Assembly (NCBI GenBank): GCA_048882485.1
Contig: JBHLRP010000021.1
Coordinates: 1-56,648, forward strand
DNA: 56,648 bases
Direction of reading: 5' to 3'
Origin: Candidatus Thorarchaeota archaeon
GTDB lineage: Archaea > Asgardarchaeota > Thorarchaeia > Thorarchaeales > Thorarchaeaceae
Below, piece after piece: positions 9,884-18,248 of the stretch. A program made the translations under genes and the position numbers. Below the pieces are notes generated by a model. That model saw nothing but the letters and a program-made list of their open reading frames with translations. It was not told where the DNA came from and made no database searches. Every line of letters starts with the position of its first letter. Position 1 is the first letter of the stretch.

Positions 9884-11077
9884 TCAGGTAAGTAGGTCGA
9901 GCAGATGTTGTTCCAACATCTCAGCTGGTACATCAGAGAGACCTATCAGGGTTGTCTGGCCTCTCTGGCCAGCTCCTGAACGTTTTGTGTCCAGAAGCCC
10001 ATGCGCATTTAGATCCTGTACCCATTCCCAGATCTGGGTGTGCGCCCTTGGTTCTTCACCATACTCCTCGCATATCGGACGATACATCTCTTCGAGCTCA
10101 CCCATTGTGATATAGGCGCCTCGATTCACCTTGAGTTGTCTTGCAGCTGCTAGGAGAAGAAGTATATTCTGTCGTGGGATAGTTGCAAACACCTCCTTCC
10201 TCAACTCGGGATGTGTGTCTGCCTTGGCCTTGCGAGCATAATCAGGAATCACCTTTCGGGAATCAGCACTGTCGGCTTGTTTTCCTGCACGCCACAGGAG
10301 CTCGATTGCATAACGGGCATCCCCCCGTTCTGAGGCAATGTCGCAGATAAGCTGCAGTGTTTCATCCATAACGGCATCCTTCTCGAATGTCATATCTACT
10401 CGCTCCTTTAGAATATCATATAGAGCGTTGGATGCATATTGGTCAAAACGAAGTATGTTTCTTTGAAGTGTGCTCAATGTGCTTTGATCCAAGATGCTCT
10501 CATCAAGGGGTATATTTCTCCCCACTCCGATTACAGACAGGCGCTGAGGGGCATTCAATCTGTCATCCATCAGTCTAGTCAGATCATAGAGAATGTCAGC
10601 TCCTCGTTGTCTAATGAAATAGTCGAGCTCATCAAGTATCAATAGAAGGTATCTATCTTCTTCATCAAGTACTTCCACAACCATCTGTAGAATTTCTTCA
10701 GGTGAATGGCCTCGTCGAGGAAATCTTGGTTTAAACTCCCTCAACATCCGCAAATACACAAGATAGGTACTCTTACTCACTCTGCAGTTTATGTGCAGCT
10801 TGTGCAGTTGTATGCCACGGCGGGTAGCTGCTTTAACCATTTGTTCCGCAAAACGCTTAGTCACAGCTGTCTTTCCGGTTCCCACTGGACCCTCGATAAT
10901 GAACTTCTGACTTGCGCGACCGGGAGAAGCGATTAGTGTCTTGAAACTCTGGGCAAGCTTCCTCAACTCAGGCTCTCTATGTGGGAGAGTTTCTGGAACA
11001 TAGTCGATGGACAGCAATTGCTCCGACTTGAATACGCTCTGTCGACTCAATTCGTCTTCCACATAGTCATACGTCAT
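9884..11077 (-). CDS. cdc6: Orc1/Cdc6 replication initiator
   Basis: YVPETLPHRE, GPVGTGKT, LDELD, GDARYA, C-terminal wHTH with GQRGQTT wing. Confidence 0.95.
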   Translation of the reverse strand: MTYDYVEDELSRQSVFKSEQLLSIDYVPETLPHREPELRKLAQSFKTLIASPGRASQKFIIEGPVGTGKTAVTKRFAEQMVKAATRRGIQLHKLHINCRVSKSTYLVYLRMLREFKPRFPRRGHSPEEILQMVVEVLDEEDRYLLLILDELDYFIRQRGADILYDLTRLMDDRLNAPQRLSVIGVGRNIPLDESILDQSTLSTLQRNILRFDQYASNALYDILKERVDMTFEKDAVMDETLQLICDIASERGDARYAIELLWRAGKQADSADSRKVIPDYARKAKADTHPELRKEVFATIPRQNILLLLAAARQLKVNRGAYITMGELEEMYRPICEEYGEEPRAHTQIWEWVQDLNAHGLLDTKRSGAGQRGQTTLIGLSDVPAEMLEQHLLDLLT

Positions 11078-11181
11078 GAGTCATCCCGGTCCGATATAGA
11101 AACAAATCAGCAACTTAAAAGAGTTATGCGAATTGTTCGATTAAATGTATGCAAGAAGTGGTGCTAGCCGAAAGTAATAGT

Positions 11182-11254
11182 GGCGAGCTCGTTACTCAAG
11201 ATCCATATCATCGTCACTCCGGACTCATTGGGGTCATGGCAGTCATCACTCGCC
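11182..11254 (-). ncRNA. Candidate box C/D guide sRNA
   Basis: Minus strand: GGCGAG/CTCGCC terminal stem, box C GTGATGA, 14-nt spacer, D' ATGA, C' GTGACGA, 11-nt spacer, D TTGA; D boxes imperfect. Confidence 0.35.
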
Positions 11255-11299
11255 TCTCTAAACTTGGTCTATTTGTCCTTAAGTCTGACGAAAAGAATG

Positions 11300-11403
11300 T
11301 GCGGCCGCCGGGAGTATCTCAGCAGACGATGGTCGTCTGCTGATTCGAACCCGGGTTGGAGGCTTGGGAGGCCTCCGTCCTAACCAGGCTAGACTACGGC
11401 CGC
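11300..11403 (-). tRNA. tRNA-Gly(CCC) with 30-nt intron in T-loop (59/60; intron 11314..11343); CCA not encoded
   Basis: GCGGCCG/CGGCCGC acceptor, GAGGC/GCCTC stem around CT CCC AA; removing TCAGCAGACGACCATCGTCTGCTGAGATAC restores CCGGG TTCGAAT CCCGG. Confidence 0.88.
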
Positions 11404-11509
11404 TGAAGAGAGCATCCTTGTGGTACATGATAAAAGACTATCGGCAAAATGCTCCAAGTCAATGCTTATCAAGGACTTGTGGGACAGCCGCCCCTGAGGA
11501 TTATACTTC

Positions 11510-12646
11510 ATGGCCGGTCGCGATTTATCAGTCAACTTCTGGCAGGGAAATCAGGCATGTGCCGAAGCTGCAATTGCAGCAGGATGTCGGTTCTTCGCTG
11601 GCTATCCAATTACTCCAGCCTCTGAGATTGCAGAAATAATGGCAGAAAGTCTTCCCAGTGTCGGAGGGACTTATCTCCAAATGGAGGATGAAATAGGTGC
11701 GATATCTGCAGTAATCGGTGCATCATGGGGCGGCACCCTGTCAATGACGGCAACATCCGGTCCTGGTTTCAGTCTCATGCAAGAAAACATAGGATATGCA
11801 ATTATGACTGAAACTCCTTGTGTCATTGTGGATGTCCAGCGTGCAGGACCCAGCACTGGGCAGGCTACAAAAGGCGCACAGGGAGATTTCCAGCAATCAA
11901 GATGGGGTACACACGGTGACGTTGAGAGCGTAGTGCTTTGTCCTAATTCTGCACAGGAAACATTCGAACTCACACTGCGTGCCTTTCATCTCTCGGAAAA
12001 GCTTAGACATCCAGCGGTAATTCTTTCAGATGAAATCGTGGGACATTCTAGAGAGAAAGTTGTTGTGAACACCAAGGAAAGCCTTGGGGTTCAGCGAAGG
12101 TATGCAAAGGCGGGAATTCCTCCATTTGATGGATTCAATGAGAATGGATGGATACAAATGCCAAGGTTCGGTGAGGGCCACAACCTCCTGGTCACTGGGT
12201 CAACGCATGATGAATATGGCTATCGAAGGACGTCTGATCCCAAGGTGCATGATACACTGATTCGTCGAATCTCGGCGAAAATTCAGAATGAACGTGCCTT
12301 TCTCACAGATGTGGTAGTTTCAGGTCAAGAGTCAGCTGAATGGGGAATTATATCGTATGGGTGCACATCAAGGTCGGTAGAAGAGTTGATTGCTAGGAAT
12401 TCAGGAGCCCCTCCTGTGAGATCGTTGCGTTTGAGAACAGCATGGCCGTTTCCAGACTCTGAGATAAGAGAATTTGCCGAATCAGTTGATCGATTACTAG
12501 TGCCGGAGCTTAGTCTAGGACAGCTCTCCAGAGAGGTTTCAAGAGTAGTTGGCAACTCCGTCGACGTGGTTTCACTCACTAAGATTGGTGGAGGATTGAT
12601 GATTGAGCCTGATGAAATCGTGGAAAGAATTAGATCCGAGTCATAG
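11510..12646 (+). CDS. 2-oxoacid:ferredoxin oxidoreductase alpha subunit (KorA/VorA-like)
   Basis: GYPITP, QMEDE, TATSGPGFSLM, QRAGPSTG. Confidence 0.92.
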   Translation: MAGRDLSVNFWQGNQACAEAAIAAGCRFFAGYPITPASEIAEIMAESLPSVGGTYLQMEDEIGAISAVIGASWGGTLSMTATSGPGFSLMQENIGYAIMTETPCVIVDVQRAGPSTGQATKGAQGDFQQSRWGTHGDVESVVLCPNSAQETFELTLRAFHLSEKLRHPAVILSDEIVGHSREKVVVNTKESLGVQRRYAKAGIPPFDGFNENGWIQMPRFGEGHNLLVTGSTHDEYGYRRTSDPKVHDTLIRRISAKIQNERAFLTDVVVSGQESAEWGIISYGCTSRSVEELIARNSGAPPVRSLRLRTAWPFPDSEIREFAESVDRLLVPELSLGQLSREVSRVVGNSVDVVSLTKIGGGLMIEPDEIVERIRSES

Positions 12647-14373
12647 TCTGTAGACGGGAGAGATGTAGGTCCAGGAGGGTTGGGGTCCCCAATGATTATC
12701 ACGATACTAGTTCTCATCCAGACAGTCACAGGTTGTGAGATATTTGCTTCTTCACACCAAGGGTTGCTTATGTACAGATGAAGAATGTGTGATCCAGGAT
12801 AGATATCGAGCAAAAAGGGAACATCTATTGGTGACATGGCATTTGCATTGCTGATTGTGAGAAAGGGTGTAGGGGCTGAATCAGCATAAATTCTCAAATC
12901 AATGAGTCCAACACTCTGGCCATTATCATCTGTAGCATTGATATCGATCTGAGCAATCTCCCCATAATAGACTAGATTAAACTCTACATCAACATCAATG
13001 ACTCCATACACATTGATTTCCAAGTCAAGACGGTTCTCAATGCTGTACGCACTGTCGAGTATTCCAATGGACGCTGCATGAGGGCCTAATGATACATTAC
13101 TGTTGATAGGGAATGTAACTTCCGCTTGGCTGTTTGCAATGACTGATACGGAGGCATTGATTTCTCCGATTGAATCAAGGATTTCTATTGGAATCAGTTG
13201 GCTCTGCAGTAAAGTAGAATTGATGCTAACAATCAAGGTGACGTTGTTTCCTCGCTTGGCTGACCACGAAGCATTTGTTGCTGAAAGCTGAATAACATAA
13301 GGAATCACATCAATTGTGACCGATTCAGACTCGTTTCGATAGAGAGGGTTAGCTGCTGTAAGATTCACACTGTAAAGGCCTGGTTCAACAGTGAATGGGA
13401 TTGACACGCTGTAAAGTCCGTTACCAAGTGTGTTCATTATGCCTGAAGAAAAGGTCGTGGTCCACAGAATCGTACTGTCAGAAATCGGCTGACCGTCTCG
13501 TGTTTCCTGATTTACCATTATATCAGCGGATTCAATTTGGCTGCCATCTGGTGTTTGGCAATGAATTGATGGTGGTGCAGACAAGACCGTTAGATTGGAA
13601 ACCGCCCTTGTTACGACGAGAGGAAAGGAATCTGAAAAGGGAAGGAAGCTCTCCGTTCCATTACCTGCTATTGTGACTGTATAAGCACCAGGAGGGCCTG
13701 TGGTTTCAGTCCAGTTAATCCATATTTCTCCATCCGAAGATGTTGTTGTATTAATTTGTAGTATTGAATCAGATGTCGAATTGAGAAGTGTGACTGTCAC
13801 AGGACTGTTCCTGTATGGAATGGATTGGCTATGTGTACTTGCAACTTTGAAGGCAAGAGTGGAATTCTTGTTGAATTCAATGTTCAAAGGTGATAGCGGA
13901 AGAACACTAAGATAACCCCTTGTTATATTCACAACAACAGTATCTCCCTCGCCCTGTGAATAGGAGTCATAGATCTCGACATTGAAGATTACATAGGCTT
14001 GGGTGCCATTTACTCCTGGTGAGGTGTCTTCCGGGAGGATGGTGTAGGATGAATTGAAATGTCGTATGTCAGTTGAGGGTGAGAGGTAATAGAGGTCTGA
14101 GAATACCGGACCTTGGTCGGTCACTACTGCAAACGACACGTAGCACCACCCATCTCCACTGAAATCAGCAATAAGTTCAGCAACCATGTTTATTGTTTCA
14201 CCTACTTCATACACTAGCTTATCAGTTTCGAAGTAGTGGAATTCGAAGTAGAATGCAGAAACAGGTGCGACAAGAGCGAATACAATACATGCGCAGGCAA
14301 TGACTGATACTAACGTCCTTTGGCTCAAGAAACCCACCAAAACCCGGTCAGTATGTTGCCTAAAAAACAGCAC
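12325..14373 (-). CDS. Secreted/surface protein with beta-rich Ig-like repeats; true start probably near 14337-14340
   Basis: Signal peptide (RTLVSVIACACIVFALVAPVSA), many N-x-S/T sequons, T/S/V-rich beta pattern; 3' end overlaps the oxidoreductase gene antisense. Confidence 0.75.
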   Translation of the reverse strand: MLFFRQHTDRVLVGFLSQRTLVSVIACACIVFALVAPVSAFYFEFHYFETDKLVYEVGETINMVAELIADFSGDGWCYVSFAVVTDQGPVFSDLYYLSPSTDIRHFNSSYTILPEDTSPGVNGTQAYVIFNVEIYDSYSQGEGDTVVVNITRGYLSVLPLSPLNIEFNKNSTLAFKVASTHSQSIPYRNSPVTVTLLNSTSDSILQINTTTSSDGEIWINWTETTGPPGAYTVTIAGNGTESFLPFSDSFPLVVTRAVSNLTVLSAPPSIHCQTPDGSQIESADIMVNQETRDGQPISDSTILWTTTFSSGIMNTLGNGLYSVSIPFTVEPGLYSVNLTAANPLYRNESESVTIDVIPYVIQLSATNASWSAKRGNNVTLIVSINSTLLQSQLIPIEILDSIGEINASVSVIANSQAEVTFPINSNVSLGPHAASIGILDSAYSIENRLDLEINVYGVIDVDVEFNLVYYGEIAQIDINATDDNGQSVGLIDLRIYADSAPTPFLTISNANAMSPIDVPFLLDIYPGSHILHLYISNPWCEEANISQPVTVWMRTSIVIIIGDPNPPGPTSLPSTDYDSDLILSTISSGSIINPPPILVSETTSTELPTTLETSLESCPRLSSGTSNRSTDSANSLISESGNGHAVLKRNDLTGGAPEFLAINSSTDLDVHPYDIIPHSADS

Positions 14374-14443
14374 ACGAATAGAACGACAACTTTAATTCCA
14401 GACTGAACGCCAACCAAGCGCCGAAGAGCGAGAGTGTGAGAAT

Positions 14444-14809
14444 ATGGTAATCAGGCTAAAGAATGCCATAGTTGACTCAATTGAAGACACCGAAACAAAG
14501 AGGCTGAAAGTTGTCAGGATGATTGCCAAAGAAGAAGGTGCACGGATTTCATTAGAGCTTCCTGAAGTCCTGTCTGGTACGATAAAGCTAAGGGACGAGG
14601 TCACTGTTATTTTCGATTCGAAACCAATTGCACGAGGAGAGAACGCCAAGCTGTATGCAGAAGGCAAGGTGTTTCAAATAGGGGGCGAGGATGGGATTGA
14701 GGTCACTGGCACGATAGGAGGGCTTAGAATGACTCTTGATCTCAGCAATCCTACAGCTGCTCAACGAAAGACGTTTGATCAGAACAGGTTTCTGGTAGCT
14801 ATAATTTGA
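14444..14809 (+). CDS. rpo8: DNA-directed RNA polymerase subunit Rpo8 (RpoG, RPB8 homologue)
   Basis: 121-aa OB-fold-like; YAEGKVF..TIGGLRMTL resembles the RPB8 YxMxGKxY..SxGGLLM signature. Confidence 0.75.
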   Translation: MVIRLKNAIVDSIEDTETKRLKVVRMIAKEEGARISLELPEVLSGTIKLRDEVTVIFDSKPIARGENAKLYAEGKVFQIGGEDGIEVTGTIGGLRMTLDLSNPTAAQRKTFDQNRFLVAII

Positions 14810-14914
14810 AAATGTCTTCGAGAATTCATACTCCACAGAATAGTTTCGGGCATCTCTCTTTCTGTCAGTCCGGACTGCTAACACCCTCTGTAAAGCACTA
14901 GGAATTAGCTCTGT

Positions 14915-14929
14915 AGAACAGCATGTTCT
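14915..14929. promoter_or_regulatory. Palindrome AGAACA-GCA-TGTTCT upstream of the TFB paralogue
   Basis: Inverted hexamers identical to the arms of the AGAACACGTGTTCT motif but with a 3-bp spacer. Confidence 0.3.
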
Positions 14930-14989
14930 GAAGAATGGACTGAAACCTTCCTGAAATCTAGTTAGGACCGGGACCCACGCGGTATATGG

Positions 14990-16027
14990 GTGTGGTCTTT
15001 GATTGATGAAACATTCGAGGCTATTCAAAACTCGTCTTGGTCTTGCCCCGACTGTTCCGGTCTGATAACGGCAAACCAGGGCTATATTGTATGTATAGAA
15101 TGCGGTCTAGTAATCTCTAGAGAATACGTATCACCTACCTACCAGATGGGTGAAAAGGTATCTGACGGGGCACCTGAAGCAAGTGTATACGTGTCTCTTG
15201 GTAATCGTATGCATATTGTTGACGGGTTAGGGAGCTATATTGGCTTCCATAAGGACAGATATTTCCAAGATGCACAAGGTCAGACTCTCACAGCACGATC
15301 GCAGAAGAAATTCAAGCGGCTTAAGATGATATACAGCACGCGAATACGGATTGGCAGAAACGAGGCAAAGTATAGAGCCCTCAGAACCCTCAACCATGTT
15401 TCTAAGTTGCTTATGCTAAATGAACAGGTCCGTGATCGCACTGCCTATCTCTACAAGAAGATATCCTCTGAGTCTTCGGAGAAAATTAACAACAATATCC
15501 TGCTCATAGCTGTATGTCTTCTAATGGCTGTTAGAGAATTCAAGGATGGAGCACCAATCACCTTGGATGAGATAGCCAACACATTCGAGAAATGTGGTCA
15601 TCGTGTTAATGTCAGGGCTATTGTTAGAGAAGCATTGAAACTTAAATCACTAACAGGTGTTGCCCCCGAAATTCGACGTCCAGATGACTATGTACCAAGA
15701 GTCTTGTCTATGTTGATGAATAGTGAAAAGGTGCTCAAAAAGGTGATAGCTCGTGGATGGGAGCCAAAGAAGTATGAGAATGCTCTCAGAGATAAGATCC
15801 TTGAAGTTCTAGAGATGATACCGGCTTCAAAGAGAGGAGGAAGAAATCCCTTCATATTCACTGTTTCAGCCGCCTACGCAAGCGATCGTCTGGTTGCAGA
15901 TGAACATGGAAAACGGTCTGTGCTTACTCAGAAGCTTGCATCGGAAGCGACTCAAGTTGCTGAGTACAGCATTCGGGATCATTTCGGAATGATGAAGAAA
16001 GTGATTGCATCGGTTTCTCTAACCTAG
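14990..16027 (+). CDS. Divergent TFIIB/TFB family paralogue
   Basis: Zn ribbon CPDC..CIECGLV, two cyclin-fold repeats, GGRNP and LTQKLASEATQVAEYSIR HTH-like end. Confidence 0.8.
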   Translation: MWSLIDETFEAIQNSSWSCPDCSGLITANQGYIVCIECGLVISREYVSPTYQMGEKVSDGAPEASVYVSLGNRMHIVDGLGSYIGFHKDRYFQDAQGQTLTARSQKKFKRLKMIYSTRIRIGRNEAKYRALRTLNHVSKLLMLNEQVRDRTAYLYKKISSESSEKINNNILLIAVCLLMAVREFKDGAPITLDEIANTFEKCGHRVNVRAIVREALKLKSLTGVAPEIRRPDDYVPRVLSMLMNSEKVLKKVIARGWEPKKYENALRDKILEVLEMIPASKRGGRNPFIFTVSAAYASDRLVADEHGKRSVLTQKLASEATQVAEYSIRDHFGMMKKVIASVSLT

Positions 16028-16077
16028 ATGATCATATGACGCCGATTTGAATTATATTCCCAAGGGCGAGGATGTGA

Positions 16078-17718
16078 ATGGAAGATACACTCGAATTGAT
16101 TAGATGTCCAGACACTAGATGCAAGGATTGTTCTGAGGTGACCGCTTCAGAATGCACCAGGCTATCTATGCTATTCGAAGAAGAGAATAGGAAGAAGGTA
16201 CTGATTCTGGAGGGTTCTAGAAGGCTTCTTCATCTGAGTGGAATTTCTGGTCCAATCCCAACAAATCCTCCATGGAAAGGAGATGGATGGGAGTCGGTCT
16301 ATATCGGTGATCACGAGTATCCAGACGAGGATTGGATTCCAATAGATGCTTACTTGGTAGGTCCATATCTTTCGTTCTACTTCTCAAGAGCGGGTGGAAG
16401 GGAGGTTTTTCATCGGTCGTATCCACTAGTGAGGACTTCGCTCGAGTATGGACTCATGCAGAAACTGAATGAGGCAATTGGATGTAATCCCCATCCGTCA
16501 ATAGGAAGGTCCGATATTTCAACTCGAATTCAGCAGGTTGCTGACAATGTTTGTAGAGACCTTCTGACATCGTTACCTGAGATAGGCAGCACGACACGAG
16601 AGAGAATCTCTATGATAGTGGCAAACAAAACAACTGTGTTAGAGCCATTCCTGCCAATTCTATTGGATGATGATGTAGAAGAGATGTACGTGGATCGTCC
16701 AGGAAAGCCAATCTATTTTGACCATTGTAGGCTAGGAAGATGTATCTCAAATCATGAACTTCATCAAGAAGATGTCCCTCGTCTAACCACACTGTTACGT
16801 GCAGAGAGTAACCTCCATCTGGATAGGAGAAATCCTTCTTTGAAGACTGACTTGAATCTCTTTGATACGAATCTGCGAGTATCTGCCAGCCTGCCTCCAT
16901 TAAGCCCTGATGGGTTGCATATGGAAATTCGACGAGCGCGGAAGAATGCTTTCACCGTTTTGGATTTAATTCGCAATGGCACACTTCCAATTGAGGCAGC
17001 GGCAGCACTTCTTCTGGCACTGGGGTGCAGGTTTAACATAACGATAACTGGAGGGCCTGGGACAGGTAAGACTACTCTATTGAATGCACTTGACTTGGAT
17101 AGCCCAAAAACCTGGCGAAAAATCTACATAGAAGATGCAGTAGAAAGCAGAAGTCTTCACGATCACAACCAAGTTCGTTTCAAAGTCGACCCAGTTGATG
17201 AAGTAGATGGGCATTTTGACAAATCATTGGAGATTGTGAAAACTCTCCATAGGTCGCCAGACTATCTTGTGCTTGGTGAGATTCAGACTGCGGAGCACAG
17301 CCAAGCCCTTTTTCAAGCTATTGCAGCAGGTCTTCGTGCAATACAAACCTGCCATAGCTCTTCAGCAGCTAGTCTTGTATCCCGTTGGACAACTGGGCAC
17401 AATATCGACAAATCTAGTATAGCTATGATGGATTTGATTGTGACAATGGTACGACCAGTACCTGGAGAGTCGATTAGGCGTGTCAGTGAGATTGCTGAAG
17501 TCCAACGAACAGTTTCAGAAGGGGTACTCAAGTTCGTAGGACTCAGTACAGTCTACAATTGCAATTCATCCCAAGATTTGCATTGGGCAGCAGACGGCGC
17601 GTATCTTTCTTTTGCACGTGCAGCTGGGCATGAAAGTCATATTCAAGCATACAACGAAATAGTCAATCTTCTATCTGAAAGGTTACAGACGTCAGATAAT
17701 AGCGATAGCCGAGCTTAG
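16078..17718 (+). CDS. TadA/VirB11/CpaF-family secretion ATPase (type IV pilus assembly type)
   Basis: RVSASLPPLS, Walker A GGPGTGKTT, Asp box IEDAVE, PDYLVLGEIQ, His box TCHSSS. Confidence 0.88.
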   Translation: MEDTLELIRCPDTRCKDCSEVTASECTRLSMLFEEENRKKVLILEGSRRLLHLSGISGPIPTNPPWKGDGWESVYIGDHEYPDEDWIPIDAYLVGPYLSFYFSRAGGREVFHRSYPLVRTSLEYGLMQKLNEAIGCNPHPSIGRSDISTRIQQVADNVCRDLLTSLPEIGSTTRERISMIVANKTTVLEPFLPILLDDDVEEMYVDRPGKPIYFDHCRLGRCISNHELHQEDVPRLTTLLRAESNLHLDRRNPSLKTDLNLFDTNLRVSASLPPLSPDGLHMEIRRARKNAFTVLDLIRNGTLPIEAAAALLLALGCRFNITITGGPGTGKTTLLNALDLDSPKTWRKIYIEDAVESRSLHDHNQVRFKVDPVDEVDGHFDKSLEIVKTLHRSPDYLVLGEIQTAEHSQALFQAIAAGLRAIQTCHSSSAASLVSRWTTGHNIDKSSIAMMDLIVTMVRPVPGESIRRVSEIAEVQRTVSEGVLKFVGLSTVYNCNSSQDLHWAADGAYLSFARAAGHESHIQAYNEIVNLLSERLQTSDNSDSRA

Positions 17719-17837
17719 GAAGAGAAATCTGGACTAAAGGACAGTCGTTGTGGTATGCACGCATCTGAGGCTATCCTATTTCGTTTTTGAGGGCAGTTAA
17801 AATACCATTCCATGGACGGGTAATCAGGTGGAATTCT

Positions 17838-18032
17838 ATGCATGACCCGATAAGGGATGAACAGGGCGGCCCTCTTGTCGAAGAGAGCCTCCTGCTTGGT
17901 ATTGCTGTGGTTACTGTGTCGATAGTCATTGCTGTAATACTACAGGCAACAGGTTGGGCGCAAGACGTTGTAGCAGGACTCTTTCAGATTCTTGAAGACA
18001 GCTGGAGTAGCTTCACGAGTCTATTCCCGTGA
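17838..18032 (+). CDS. Small Flp-like/class III signal peptide pilin (64 aa from ATG 17838)
   Basis: MHDPIRDEQG|GPLVEE followed by a hydrophobic helix; SD AGGTG upstream; follows TadA-like ATPase. Confidence 0.7.
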   Translation: MHDPIRDEQGGPLVEESLLLGIAVVTVSIVIAVILQATGWAQDVVAGLFQILEDSWSSFTSLFP

Positions 18033-18132
18033 CTAATGATTTAATGCTGCTTGTGTGATTTTGGGAAAGATTTGGGGAAAGCCTTATTTGTAGTCTGGAG
18101 TGAGCACACCCGCTCCGGACTGGTGCGTCTTA

Positions 18133-18239
18133 GCTCCGGTAGATGCTTCATGAGGTCATGATGCAACCGTATGTAGTCCGGCCCAGCATGAGGGACTCTC
18201 GATCCCTCGACCCGGGTTCAAATCCCGGCCGGAGCACCA
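18133..18239 (+). tRNA. tRNA-Glu(CTC) with 29-nt intron at 10/11 (18143..18171), CCA encoded
   Basis: GCTCCGG/CCGGAGC acceptor, AGGGA/TCCCT stem around CT CTC GA; BHB with CGGT/ACCG central helix and AGA/TAT bulges. Confidence 0.87.
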
Positions 18240-18248
18240 ATTCTATTA

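Noticed and set aside
11078-11180. Origin/ORB immediately upstream of cdc6 (TCCGATATAGAAAC)
   Set aside because: Poor match to the ORB consensus, no G-string, no partner ORB or extended AT-rich tract.
18091-18132. Second GCTCCGG and an 11-bp hairpin upstream of tRNA-Glu as a split tRNA or att site
   Set aside because: Only 7 nt identical to the tRNA 5' end; the complete tRNA is explained by one intron; no integrase or 3'-end duplication.
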